A stretch of 64,000 nt of DNA, taken from assembly GCA_950097015.1 (NCBI GenBank), contig CATNEN010000011.1:5828001-5892000 (forward strand), written 5' to 3'. The notes under the pieces are model-generated. The model saw only the letters and a program-made list of their open reading frames with translations. It ran no database searches and was not told the DNA's origin. A program made the position numbers and the translations under genes. This DNA is from Macrostomum hystrix (lineage: Eukaryota > Animalia > Platyhelminthes). Positions 46,745 to 60,247 of this stretch are shown piece after piece. How positions within the stretch are numbered: position 1 is the stretch's first letter; every line of letters starts with the position of its first letter.

Positions 46745-49700
46745 CTAGTCACTCAGGGTGGGATATTTATCCCGCTGGGCTGAGCGCCGGCCGGTTCGGC
46801 CCTCGCTGCGGTTGCTGCCGATGCGGTTGCGCACCAGCATGTAGGTTGGCAGCTGGATGGTGCGGGTCACTGGGTTCACTTCGAACACCGGCTCATTGGT
46901 CCAGATCTGCTGCTGGCGAATAATTTGACAACTCGGCAGTTAAAGCATTGTGCTTATTTAATTAAAGTAGCTTTAATGTAGGTTTATCTGTTCTTTCCAA
47001 GAAAACTCCGACCTAAAGGCCTAGATACAGCCCCATGAGCCCTAAATGCACTGACCTCTGACCCCTTTTCTATGTTTTATCTCTCACCTGTCTCATCTCT
47101 TCTATATCTCATCCCCTCCCTGTCCTAACTGTACTGTGTCTCATCCCCTCCCTGTCCTAACTGTACTGTGTCTCATCTCCTCCCTGTCCTAACTGTACTG
47201 TGTCTCATCTCTCCCGTCTCATCTATCCCCTGTCTCATCTCTCACCTGTCTCATCTCTCCCCTGTCTCATCTATCACCTGTCTCATCTCTCTCCTGTCTC
47301 ATCTATCACCTGTCTCATCTATCACCTGTCTCATCTCTTTTATGTCTCATCTCTTTTATGTCTCATCTCTCCCCTGTCTCATCTCTCCCTGTCTCATCTC
47401 TCCCCTGTCTCATCTCTCCCCTGTCTCATCTCTCCCCTGTCTCATCTCTCCCCTGTCTCATCTCTCACCTGTCTCATCTCTCCCCTGTCTCATCTCTCTC
47501 CTGTCTCATCTATCACCTGTCTCATCTCTCCTGTCTCATCTCTTTTATGTCTCATCTCTTTTATGTCTCATCTCTCCCCTGTCTCATCTCTCCCCTGTCT
47601 CATCTCTCCCCTGTCTCATCTCTCCCTGTCTCATCTCTCCCCTGTCTCATCTCTCCCCTGTCTCATCTCTCCCCTGTCTCATCTCTCTCCTGTCTCATCT
47701 ATCACCTGTCTCATCTCTCCTGTCTCATCTCTTTTATGTCTCATCTCTCCCCTGTCTCATCTCTCCCCTGTCTCATCTGTCGTCTCTCCCGTCTTATTTC
47801 CCCTGTGTCGAATCTTTCTGATTCTCTAATCTCTCCGCTTTCACAGTTTACTAAACGAAAGTTCGAAAGAAGTGTCAGTCTATCCGTTAGAGCTCACTAC
47901 TGAGAGTTCTCAAAGCTTGCCATTGTAGAACAAACAGAACTGAAATCAAGTACAATAGCTTTTAGCTAATGAGAATAGTGACTTAAAATAGAGGATCTAA
48001 TCATTTTGTGAGCACTCACATCCGAGCTCTCGGGTCTCCACTTGAGCACGGCTTCATCTTCGCTGAATCGCCGACAGCAGGACACAATGCAGCCGCCGGG
48101 TGCTCCCAGCCTGTTGGGGCGGCAGTGAGAGGTAGTGAGTGGAATTAGCATGCAATACTCGCTGTATCATCGGTTTGGCGAAGTTCGTCAAGCAGTGTAC
48201 TCTCCCACTGTGCCTTGGGCGTTGATGGCACCATTCCTAGCAGTTCTAGCGGTCTCACCTGACAGGAATCAGGCACACAATGGGCGACTCGGCGACTTTG
48301 TTGCGCACAGTCAGCTCCAAGTCGCAATTGTAGACAGTCGACTCGGCAAAATCTGTGGATGCCGACAGGGTCGTCCTGTCGCCATCGTCCTCGTCGCCCT
48401 CGTCCGTGCCGTCGGATGGAATCTCCGGAGCTGCAGCCGCGGCGGTTGGCGTTGGCGGTGGAGTTCGTCCTTGCCGGGCATCGAAAACCTCGCTGCAGCT
48501 GTCACTGTCGTCCTCCTCGCTCTCGCCTTGGTCCAGCTCCTCGCCAGATAGCTCGCCATCAGATTTGCCAAAGTCCTTCACGTCGTAGACAATCAGATCG
48601 CCGGCGCCGGTGCCAATCCACAGCTGCTGTCGACCTCGATGCGGCCACTCAGCTCCGGTTGGCAGGAGTGACGTCACCCTGAAGGGACTGGCTGCCCCGC
48701 TGCTCCTGTCCGTGGCGTCGGCGTCCAGCTCGCTAAGCCGCTCAGCCGGCCGGCTCATTGTGCGAATGTCGAATCGAAGACGACAATTGGCACCGTCGCT
48801 GGACCAGAGCTCAACAACTGGCGAGCCGCGGACCGCCAACCACACGCCGGCGCGATTGTGCGCGGTCCTCAGGCAAAGCACCGCGTCGAACGGGTTCTCG
48901 GACACTCGGATTCGGCGCGCATTGTCCAGACTGTCCGAGCTGAGCAGCTGCACAAAGTTGCCGCAGGCCACCCAAAGCAGTCGCTGCCGATTCCGCCGAG
49001 TCTCTGCCAGGGCCAGCGCCGTGGCAGGACAGGCTCCGCCCAGGTTGATGACGAACACGGAGGAGGCTGGCTGCTCCCGGCCGATGTCTTCAAGTACAGC
49101 CAGGGAGCCGCTGGCCAACGCAGCGAACACCCGATGATTCCGAACTGTCGGGAACTTGGCGCCGTCGTCCTTGTTCACCGACGTCAGCTCCTCAGAGCAA
49201 ATGTCCAAGACGGCGTCTGGCACGCGCATCTCCCAGAGTCGCTCGCTGGGATTGTCGAATAGCAGACTTTCTATTACGAACGAATTCGAATGATACCCCC
49301 TGCTTTAATCTCTGCCAACGTCGCTTTCTAACTTCGAATTTCTGACTGAGAGGTCAGGAGTTCGAATCTTGGTCCATAAGAAAACAATTTGTGTACTCAG
49401 GCAAGACACTTAATCTTCTTGCTACATGTAAATAGCACTCGATACTTTCAGCGGAGTCGCGAATCGAACCCCGGACCTTTAAGTCGGATGTCCTACGTCT
49501 TTACAACCTGTAGGTTTCAACCTCCTTCATGGACAGGGTTAGGGTTAGGGTTATGGTTAGGGTTAAGGGTTAGGGTTTGTGTTAGGGTTGATCATACATG
49601 ACCAACCTTTAGGTCATGTTACGCAAGACTCACCCGCTGTCTGAGTCCACGGCCACAATGCACATGGCCAGTGTGCCCATTAGGATCACTCCGCAGCTGT

Positions 49701-52700
49701 CTAGTGAGCACATGCAGCTCACCGGACAGTCGATCTGACAGTTTCAGGAAAAATCATTTGTGAAAGCAAATCATAGCTAGCCAAATGAGGGTCAATGAAG
49801 TCGCTTAAATTTCTCACATCTCCGCCAAGGTTGAACATGAGATTGTCCTCGGTTTGAAGTCGACAGGCCCGACTCCTGGTGCTGTCACCGTAGCAGATCC
49901 AAACTGTGCCGCTGTGGCTGCTGCAGGCCGCACTAACCAGTGGCTGGTTGGGCGGATCTGCGGTGGAGTCATTCTCCTAGGGTGAGAGGGAGAGTCAGCG
50001 GTGAGAGGGAGAGTCAGCGGTGAGAGGGAGAGTCAGCGGTGAGAGGGAGAGTCAGCGGTGAGAGGGAGAGTCAGGGGTGAGAGGGAGAGTCAGCGGTGAG
50101 AGGGAGAGTCAGCGGTGAGAGGGAGAGTCAGGGGTGAGAGGGAGAGTCAGCGGTGAGAGGGAGAGTCAGCGGTGAGAGGGAGAGTCAGCGGTGAGAGGGA
50201 GAGTCAGCGGTGAGAGGGAGAGTCAGCGGTGAGAGGGAGAGTCAGCGGTGAGAGGGAGAGTCAGCGGTGAGAGGGAGAGTCAGCGGTGAGAGGGAGAGTC
50301 AGCGGTGAGAGGGAGAGTCAGCGGTGAGAGGGAGAGTCTGCGGTGAGAGGGAGAGTCAGCGGTGAGAGGGAGAGTCAGCGGTGAGAGGGAGAGTCACATG
50401 TGAGACGGGATGTAATGGGTAGGAAGAGCCATTAGCTAATTTTAGAGCCTTAAACCTGAATTAATAGTATTTACAGCTTAAAAAAGTTCTCAACTGCCTT
50501 CTCATTTGTCAAAAAGCCCTAAAAATAGCACTATCGGAGAATATTCTACTCGACACGTAACAACCGCTCGCTAAATTGTCACATGCCAATGAGCAAAGGC
50601 CGCTGAGCACTAGGGCACATGACTCTCTGGGCGTGTCCCGCTACAGCTTGCTTTTGCGGCAGCTGCAAATCAATATGCAGCGCAGTTTATAAGCTTTAGT
50701 TTAGCTGTGCGATGTGCAGGTAATGCCAAACAAGAGATCACAAGCTATGTTAAGTTGTTTCTCATCTTTCATACAAATACTTCTCTGTCCACTGCTGTGT
50801 TTTGGTCATCTTCAATCCTAGAAACTAGATATACTGTGTAGTTAAATCCCCCTCATATATTAACAGAGTACGAGCGTCTCACGGAAAACTCAAGGACGTA
50901 AATTATTACGTGTAAAATAACTTGTCTTGTAATATTTTGTATCTTGTATGTTTTTAATATCAGCCAATTAGACCCGCCTAAATCCTTCCCTACTCTCGAC
51001 AGCATGTACATTGAATCAAGTGAATGTGCATAGCCCGCAAACCCCTCTTACCCTCCGTTTCAAGCGACACCCTCTCACCCCAGTCAGTGTACATTCAGTT
51101 CCACTAAACGCCGCGCCCCTCTCACCCCAGTCAGTGTACAATTAGTTAAACTAAATGCCGCGCCCCTCTCACCCCAGTCAGTGTACAATTAGTTCAACTA
51201 AATGCCGCGCCCCTCTCACCCCAATCAGTGTACAATTAGTTCAACTAAACGCCGCGTCCCTACACCCCAGTGAGTGTACATTCAATTCAACTAAACACCG
51301 TGCCCCTCTTCACCCCAGTCAGTGTACATTCAGTTTAGTTCCAGTAACCGCCACGCCCCTCTCACCCCATCCAAGCTCTGCTCGTCTTCGGCCTCCGCCT
51401 CCTCTTGAAAGGCCCTCCGCCTCAGCCTCTTGCGCCTCTCCTCCGCCTCTGACAGGGCCGCAGTGTACACGCTCCTACGCGCGTCCAGATCCCGCCGCGA
51501 AGCCACACCGGCGGTGACTTCGGACGAAAAGGCGGTTCGCGCCAGTCCGTCAACGTCAAACGCAAGTCGGGCAGCCGCTTTGAGATGGCGCCACAGTCCG
51601 ATGGTGTCCGTCTGCTGCAACAGGGCCACTTCGACGGACTTCAGAATGGCCAGAGCGAACCAGAAGAGTACTTTTGGCCCTTCGAGCAGGAAACAGTCCC
51701 ACAGTCGCAGCAGCGTCTCGAATGGTAATGCGTCAAAGTAGATGGCTAGAAACCAGTTCAATGTCACAGTGCCAATGTCAATGTCCAGGCTGATGAGATG
51801 GTTGTGCAACTGGGGCAGCTGATGCCGCAGAATGTCCTTCAGCACCAGCTGGTCGGCTTGTGCACCTATCAGGCTGCCAGTGAAGTACAGCGGATGGAAG
51901 TAGGCCTCGGTGACGGCAACCAGCAGCCAGAATGCGTCCTCCTTACTGAGGAACAGCAGCCCCATGCCCGCTATGAAGTTCATGCCCTGGCAGTAGCCGA
52001 TACCGGGGTTGTGCAGACAGAAGGCTTGCAGAATCTCCTGTAGCTTCTGGGTCTGCGGTTCGATATTTTCGGGTTTTGAGGTAAGGAAATCCTCAGTCAT
52101 CCACCCCACGAGAAGGGAATCCCGGTCACCAACGCCAGAAGAAGGGAATCCCCAGTCACCCAACCCAGAAGAATGGAATCCCCAGTCACCCACCCCAGAA
52201 GAAGGGAATCCCAGACACTAACCCTAAAAATGGAATCCTCAGTCACTCACCCCTGAAAAGGGAATCCCCAGTCATCCAACCCTGAAAAAGGGAATCCCCA
52301 GTCACCCACCCCAGAAGAAGGTAATCTTCGGTCACCCACCCCAGAAGAATGAAATCCACGGTCACCCACCCCATAGAAGGGAATCCCCAGTCACCCACCC
52401 CAGAAGAAGTGAATCCCAGACACTAACCCTAAAAATGGAATCCTCAGTCACTCACCCCTGAAAAGGGAATCCCCAGTCATCCAACCCTGAAAAAGGGAAT
52501 CCCCAGTCACCCACCCCAGAAGAAGGAAATCCACGGTCACCCACCCCAGAAGAAGGAAATCCACTGTCACCCACACCAGAAGAAGGATATCTACGGTCAC
52601 CCACCCCAGACGAAGGAAATCTACGGTCACCCACCCCAGAAGAATGCAATCCCAGTCACCCACCCAGAAGAAAGGAATCCCCAGTCTCCCACCCCAGAAG

Positions 52701-54570
52701 AAGGAAATCCACAGTCACCCACCCATAGAAGAAGGGAATGCCCAGTCACTCACCCCCTCGCTATCCGGTGACTCGAAGCGCACATTGCCCGGCATTGTTC
52801 GCATCAGGTCGAGTGCGATCTGCTTGCGATGTCTTGCCACAATCTCGGACTCCGCTGCGCGTTGCACTAGGCTGCAGTAGTACTGCTGACCCCGCACAGA
52901 TCTGGTCTCCTGCACCTGGGCGTGGATCAGCTCGCGCCACACAGCCGATCGGTACATCCGGGGAATGCCGCCCCGGACCAGGGCTTTTAGCTCCGTCTGA
53001 TGTACGGTGAAGATTATTAGCATCAGTGGCATCAACAAGTGCTATGATGTTTACAATCGTAAACACATACTACTTACAGTAGTTCAGCTTCACCAAAACA
53101 CTTAAGTACCATACGCAAAATACTCTCGACCTCATTTTATTAACGCATTAATTAAAAGTACAAGCCTAGTTTTATAGGAAGCTGTGGTCGCTAACGCATC
53201 ATTTGACAATAGTCGGCCCACAGCCAGGGAGGCGGCGATTCTGCCAATTCAACTGAATACTAAGCACCCACACGGATACCGTACGCATGCACACACGCAC
53301 ACGTTTGTGTTCGTCTGTCCCCTGACTTTCTCAATGTCAATCAGTGTGCCCAAATAAATGTGGCCTCGCCCAGGATTCGAGCTCATGGACTTTGTTATTA
53401 GCATTGAAGGCGTTACCGTTTTAGTAAAAGCTCGACTCGACGCCATGAAAGCCTTCCAGCGTCGTTGGTGCTCGTCGAAGCGGTCTAGCACGGCGGCGTA
53501 GTGTTCGTGTAGCTGCCTGCTGATGTAGTGCAACTGCAGTGATTCGCTCTCCTGGTTGTGTCGGAAGCCGTAGCTGTCAACGTGACCGTCAGGAGCTGTT
53601 AAACTGCAAATAGTGCGGCATTGATTTGAACCTTAGCTAAGCTAAGCTAAGCTAAGCTTAGTATATCAGAGTACTACAGTCATACTCTGGGCACAATGGG
53701 CAAGCGCCCAATTACCTCTCGAAAGTCGGAAGCCTGGGGTTGGTTGTTCTGGCTTCGTCTAGCAGCTCTCTTAGCCGCTCCTTGTGCCTTCCGCCACCGA
53801 AGAGATTCAATTCGATGCCATCAGCCACATCTCCGGTTGGCACGGTGATGCAGGACTGCAGCAGGAACAGGTAGTCCCGCTTCCAGTTTTCTAGCTGCAG
53901 TTTCAGCTCGTTAAATAGCCTGATTCGTGCGATTAGAGATTTGCTTTATCTTTTATTTACACTTTCTTTTCTAAATTTCGTGTGTATCAAAGCGTCACAA
54001 TGCGTCACTATGCATGTGTACATGGTCTATCTATACTCGTCAGGCAACGGAGCTTCCGCGCTGTCAGCAGGTCGTCTACCTCGGTGGTCTGGGACCAGAC
54101 GTCCGCGAAGATCTGCGGCATCGCCTGGGCTGCCTTTCGTTCTGTGAGGGTGGTCCTGCAATCCGAGGCCCTACCTGATCGCCAGAGGGCAGCGCTGTTC
54201 CAGGCGGTGGTCGAGACCGTCCTGTTGTATAACGCCGAAACCTGGACGATGGCTGACTCGCTGAAACAGCAAGTAAACGCGGCGCAGGCCGGCCTGTTGC
54301 GCGCCGCCTTTAGGATCAGCAACGAGCGAGTCACTAACGCGGCACTCTATCGCCGCGCCGGCCTGACCCGTCCAAGTGAATTGCTTCGCCGTCGGCGACT
54401 CCAGCTGGCAGGCCACATCATCCGCGCCGAGTCCTACTGCCCATAACCGGTGCAGGAGGTGCTGTTCACGCTGCAGGCACCCTACCGTCGGTGCCGCCTT
54501 TGTTCGCGCCCAGTCTCTGAAGCGCGCCCTGTGACGCTGCCTTTTATTTTCATCCGGCCAGAGTACTTCG

Positions 54571-54620
<50 letters not shown>

Positions 54621-57600
54621 ATACTCGTCAAATCATTGATTCTCTTCGAGATTTACCCATAGCTTCTAAATCAGGCCGCAATCGTTTACCCATATAATCT
54701 GAAAATATGCGAGCTTGTATGTATACTCTTGATATCCCTTTCTTACCTGTCCTGATTTCTGAACTTCTCCTGCTCCATGCGTCTGAGCTCGCTGATGCGT
54801 CTGACCTCCGTATTAACAAATCGATTATTGTTCTGCAGCACCCGGCACTGCTCCTCTAGATGTTTGAGATCGACCGATCGATCACTATCCCAGTCTAGCA
54901 TGACTCTAAAAATAAATTTACATTTGAGCAGTGAAATTCGACTGTAAACAACTACTGTAGAAGCCAAAGCGGTCTTTAGAGTGTACTCACGATTCAGACT
55001 TCAATGATTTGGCCGCTCTGGATCGCATAACATTCGCCTTCGCTGCTCTGAAATCAAATAGTTTTAGGGATTATAATCGGCCTCAAATGAAAGAATCCCA
55101 ATTCTTGAAGCTAAATTTAGCCTTGGCTGTTTAGCAACCTGGCTAGTCATGCATTTACGAGTAGCTAAGCATCATGCGAGCTGCCGTGTGTGCTGTGAGA
55201 CTGTCATTCATAGATAGATAATAACACAGAATGATAGGACAAAGATTATACAGGAACAGATAAGGAACAAAGACTACATATATGCACTCCTATAGCTCGT
55301 TTACTTTGTTTTAAACGTGTTGACCGGATATCAATAGAAAAAAAATACTTTTTTCGTGACTAACGAGTATACTTTATTAAGTAAAAGTACATTTTACAAC
55401 AATTCGCTTTATTGGTGCATCAGTACGTGAAAATAATTTGGCTGTGTAATCGCCTAGAAAAAGACACATCTTGGTACAAACAATTTAACGAAGGTTGTAT
55501 TCGATTGTCATGCCTCCAAAATTACCCATTCTCTTGCTGAGCGCATTCCAACTGCTCAAATCTGGAGTTGTGACGGAGACGGACTTATCAAACGATTGTC
55601 TTTCAATTAGCTGTAGCCAAGCCAGGAATAGTTAAAAATTAACTCATCAGAAGTATAAAATGTATATTTTTTCTACTAGATAAATGATGTACATGGAACA
55701 AACCTGCTCAGCTTGAGGTCCAGCTCAGCGATCAGATTGTCACGCTTGCGCAGAACTTCTTTCAGCGCCGAGTTTTGCTTCTGCAATTCCTCCAGCTCTT
55801 GTCGATTGCTGATAGACAAATCGAGAAAGGGAGCAAGTTGACAGATCAGCTAAACACCACCCGCCACTTCATCTGTACAGTTCTTTCCACCAACCATTCC
55901 CAACCCACCCCAAACCCTCCATTTTCTACCCACCTCAAACCCTCTATTCGCCACCCACCTCACACTCTCCATTCCCCACCCACCTCACTCCGCTTTCACT
56001 TTCTTCCCATTCTGTGATTGGCCATGCCACTAATGCGATTAGCGTCCTCCCTGGACGTCACTATCCACCTGGACTCACCTGGCATCAATTTTTTTCACAG
56101 CCGCAGCAGCCGCAGCAGCTGAGGCGCCGCCTGAACTGCTCGCCTCTGAGGAGCGGCAGCTGCTTCCGGATCTCTCCCGGAGGTCCTGCGGGCTGTCCGC
56201 ATTGAAGCTGACCTGCGGATGGCCGCCGGAGCCGTAGCGCCTCGGCTGCCGCAGCCTCCTACCGGGTGATTCCTCGGCCTGGTTGTCATGTTTGAAATCA
56301 CCGCCCGCTGCCAGATCCGATCCCTGATCCGAGTGCTGCGGCGAGGCCTTGATGAGGCTCACTTCGAAGCTGTGCGAAATAGACAAGCCGAATCGGTTGC
56401 TCAGGGAATCGCTAAGCTTGCGGGATGCGTGGCCTAGGTAACCTGGAGACGATAATTGGATTAGGAAAAATTGCGAGATATTTCCATACCTTCCGAATCC
56501 TGTTTAGAATCAAACCAATATTTTCTCAAGAATCAGCTTAAGTATTTTGTGAAACTTCTCAGATCATTCCAAGAATCTTCCAAGAATCTTCCTGGAATCT
56601 TCCAAGAATCTTCCTGGAATCTTCGAAGAATCTTCCTGGAATCTTCCAAGAATCTTCCTGGAATCTTCGAAGAATCTTCCTGGAATCTTCCAAGAATCTT
56701 CCTGGAATCTTCCAGGAATCTTCCAAGAATCTTCATGAAACCTTCTCAGAATCTTCCTGGAATCTTCTCAGAATCTTCCTGGAATCTTCTCAGAATCTTC
56801 CTGGAATCTTCACAGAATCTTCTCAGAATGTTCACAGAATCTTGTCAGAATCTTCCTGGAATCTTCTTAAAATCTTCTCAGAATATTCACAGAGTCTTCC
56901 CAGAAACTTTTAAGAATCTTCCCAAAATCTTCTCAGAATCTTCCGAAAGCAAGAGTATTTTCGCTCTTTCAAATGTTGCCAAATTTCTCATCATATTTTT
57001 CATCAGCAGTCGATTTGACTAGTCTCTGCTCTCAGAATTGTCTAGTCTTGAGTTACTTTCAATGGCTTTACTAGCAGCATTACCATTTTATTCTTTACCG
57101 AAACAAATATTCCTAATGAAGCAAGTAGAAATAATTATTTTCCTGTCTGACTGAAAGTAAAGCAAGTCGAAAAAAGATCTATCAAGTCCTGCCTCTTCCT
57201 GGGGTGACAAAAAATCTGAAATCCTATAGAGCTTCAAGTTTAATCCCTTCGGCGGGGGTGGTAAGAAATGCTGATTATAAGAAATTCCTAAGAAACGCCC
57301 GACATGCACGTTCAAAACAGCTAACGAAGCTACACACACAGGGGACAGAAGCACTTCAGCTCACACAGTCGCAGAAGCAGTGTTTGAGCACGCATGACTG
57401 ACTACAATGGTCCGACAGTAAAAATTCTCTTTGGCGTCGTATTAAAAAAACGAAGGCTCTTAAATCGCTGTGTCCTGTCTCTGATTGCTTGAGTGCAGAC
57501 TCTGGACCTCAGAATTGCTACGGAGACAGTTTTAGTAGGCGAACATGCACATATTGACTTCCGCACACAATACCTGTCAGAGTGTACAGTCCAAGGTGAG

Positions 57601-60247
57601 GAATCAACTGGGCGCAGGTAGGATATGAATAGCACAATGAACGAGCTATACGGTTTGAAAGAATCAGGGTGTAGACGATAGACCCTATAGAGTGAGGGGA
57701 CAGAGGACAGACCCTGAAGAATCAGGGGGTGGAGGACAGACCCTGAATAATGGGGGGTAGAGGACAGACCCTGACGAATCAGGGGGTAGAGGACATACTC
57801 TGAATAATCAGGGGGTAGAGGACAGGCCCTGAAGAATCAGGGGGTAGAGGACAGGCCCTGAAGAATCAGGGGGTAGAGGACAGGCCCTGACGAATCAGGG
57901 GGTAGAGGACATACCCTGAAGAATCAGGGGGTAGTGGACAGACCCTGAATAATGGGGGGTAGAGGACAGACCCTGACGAATCAGGGGGTAGAGGACAGGC
58001 CCTGAAGAATCAGGGGGTAGAGGACAGACCCTGACGAATCAGGGGGTAGAGGACATACTCTGAATAATGGGGGGTAGAGGACACACCCTAAAGAACAAGG
58101 GGATAGAAGACACACAGAAGTATCGCATGACAGAGAGTAGATTCACTCGGAGGATAAAATGCAAACCCAAAAATGTGAGGTAAATTAGTCCATTCTGAAC
58201 CGTTAAACATCTGGCCCGCTATAATAAATAAAAAACTCACCATCGTCTTCTTCCTCAATGGCCGACCGGGTCATCAGGGCACTGGCGTCCAGTACACTGA
58301 TACGAGAGGCTCGTCTGTCAGCACCATGGCTGCCACCTGCACCGTAGCGTCTGCTTCCATAGCCGAAGGACACGTCTGGTGCGGACTCACGCTGTATAAA
58401 TAAAAAATTATGAAGAGATAGTATTAAGCCAACTATAGCCCAACGGGATTTTCGTTTCGAAAATCTTCGATCGTTTGCTTAGGTAAATTATTGACTATAA
58501 ACTTATCGCTTCGCCTTCGTCAAACTTGGACACAACCACCCCGCATCGTTAACACAACTGTGACTAAATTCCGTTATCTAGTCAATGTGTAGACACACAC
58601 CGGCTACTTCAAAGCCAGTCATGTTTTTTAGAATTCGATTTGTCCCACCCCACTCCTTCACACCCTACTCGTGTTTTTTAGTCTAAAATTTGGTCAGACA
58701 AACAAACCATCCCCACTCCTTTACACGCGACACTTGGACTTGAAATGTCTATCAGTTTGTCAAACGGTGGGGGTGTGACATTCTAATTCACATTCAAATT
58801 TACACGCGTTATCGATTCTGCAATTAGGCTATTTGGCCAGACTTAAAAACACCCATCCGATGTTAATAATGTTATCAGTTAATTTTAATTTTAACCCACC
58901 CCACTCCTTCACACTCCTCATGCTATCTGTCATACGATCAGTCTACCAAAAACACACCCACACTCCTTCACACCTCAGTCCTCATTCTATCTGTTAAACG
59001 ATCAGTCCTCAAAAGCCACATCCAACCCACACCTTTACAAGCCACAATTTTTTTAACTGCGATAAAAACACCCACCCCACTCCCCTCTCACTCTTTTCTG
59101 AGCTTGCAGAGCCAGCTGTTTACTGCTGCCCACACCAGACGTGTCCGGCCGCATTTCCTTAGCAAAGAAGGCGTCCCTATTAGCCTGGAGAGCCAGCACC
59201 CAAATCATCATTGACTCGTGATTCTCCGCCTGCAGAACAAACTCTTTGCCCTCGGACCTGCATAAAAATGCATTTGTGGATTATAATTGCATGAGAAATG
59301 AGCATCCACTATTTTGGTGCGAACGTTGTTTCTTGATTTAGTTTAGTAAAATGTTGTCGATGCAAGATTAACTACCAGGTTATGTCAGGGTCAATGTGCA
59401 GCGTTGAGAATAATCATCAAATGGTTTATTTAAATATTTTTAAACCTAAATGTACTTTAAGTACTTTTACTTATCAAATTAAAAAGCAATTAAATTCAAA
59501 CAAAAAATACTCTCATATGACACAATTTCACACCAGTAAAACTCACAGGATTCCAAAGCTGTTTGGCTCGTCCACGCGCAGCGTAATGGCGGCTCCTTTG
59601 ATGTTGATGCAGCCCAGAGGCTGGGCATCGCGCTGCAGAGCTTCCTTCTGGTCCCTATAGAACTGCAGCCTGCAGCTAGACTCTTCGAATACGTAGTAGT
59701 GCGCCTTCTTTGACTTAAACCGGCTGAAGGCTGCGTGTTGTGGCGGTATGTGCTCACTGCAGCTGCATCGCCTGTTCTGGCTAGCTACAACCTGCTCAAC
59801 TCAACTACCTACTGCCCTCTGCCCTCACCTGTCTAACCTACCCTCTCTACTCCATCCCAACTGCATGCCCTTCCCTCTCTCCCCTCCCCTCTCTACCATC
59901 CCCTCTCTAACCTCATCTCTCTACCATCCTTTCGCTACTATCCCATCTCCACCCTCCCTTCTCTACCATCCGCTCTCTACCCTCTCTCTGCCCTCACCTC
60001 TCTGCCCTCACCTCTCTGCCCTCACCTCTCTACACTCTCCCTTTAAATTCTTCCCTCGCTACCCTACCGTATCTATCCTTCTCCTTTCGCCTTCCCATCT
60101 TTGCCTCCACCCTTTCGTCACAATAAGCAGCTACAGACTGCTTCTAAACAATCTACCGCATCATGAAGTGCACAAAAGCAGTTAGAATTTCTTACCTCCA
60201 GTAGGTTTGCTGTACAACAAGCCAGACAAACTATGCCAAGGCCCCAT
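46745..60247 (-). CDS. TBC1D2: TBC1D2-like RabGAP: PH, coiled-coil, TBC and a C-terminal beta-propeller-like region, about 1352 aa, 17 exons
   Basis: Exons: 60247-60196, 59730-59547, 59257-59092, 58391-58241, 56442-56079, 55808-55704, 55047-54991, 54905-54747, 53919-53716, 53603-53417, 52996-52754, 52052-51366, 49976-49818, 49734-49634, 49245-48259, 48110-48020, 46906-46745. All are GT-AG with consistent phases (4059 nt). PH: HYYVFEESSCRLQFY...IWVLALQ. Also NNRFVNTEV, DSYGF, Arg finger IALDLMRT and Gln finger YCQGMNF. The family call is from motifs; orthology is untested. Confidence 0.85.
47070..47790. repeat. 16-bp minisatellite (TGTCTCATCTCTCCCC)n in the last intron of the TBC gene
   Basis: Same unit as 394-588. 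Confidence 0.93.
49535..49589 (+). repeat. Short degenerate interstitial (TTAGGG)n tract
   Basis: AGGGTTAGGGTTAGGGTTATGGTTAGGGTTAAGGGTTAGGG read directly. Confidence 0.7.
49979..50397. repeat. 19-bp minisatellite (GGTGAGAGGGAGAGTCAGC)n abutting a splice acceptor
   Basis: About 22 units. On the gene strand the unit reads GCTGACTCTCCCTCTCACC and the last unit runs into CTAG and exon 13. Confidence 0.95.
51060..51365. repeat. About 47-bp minisatellite starting at the exon 12 splice donor
   Basis: The gene-strand unit begins GGGGTGAGAGGGGCGCGGC; about 6 units. Confidence 0.85.
52090..52753. repeat. About 30-bp minisatellite (CACCCACCCCAGAAGAAGGGAATCCCCAGT)n starting at the exon 11 donor
   Basis: Fills most of intron 11 of the TBC gene. 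Confidence 0.88.
54043..54619 (+). mobile_element. 5'-truncated RTE-like non-LTR retrotransposon with a (GTT)n tail
   Basis: C-terminal RT/thumb motifs VLLYNAETWT and RRRRLQLAGHIIR. (GTT)n tail at 54569-54619. Target-site duplication TATACTCGTCA at 54032-54042 and 54620-54630. Antisense to the host intron. Confidence 0.85.
56555..56945. repeat. Degenerate 11/22-bp repeat (GAATCTTCCTG/GAATCTTCCAA)n
   Basis: Read directly in TBC intron 4. Confidence 0.85.
57700..58095. repeat. 29-bp minisatellite (GAATCAGGGGGTAGAGGACAGACCCTGAA)n
   Basis: Direct tandem repeat in TBC intron 4. Confidence 0.9.
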
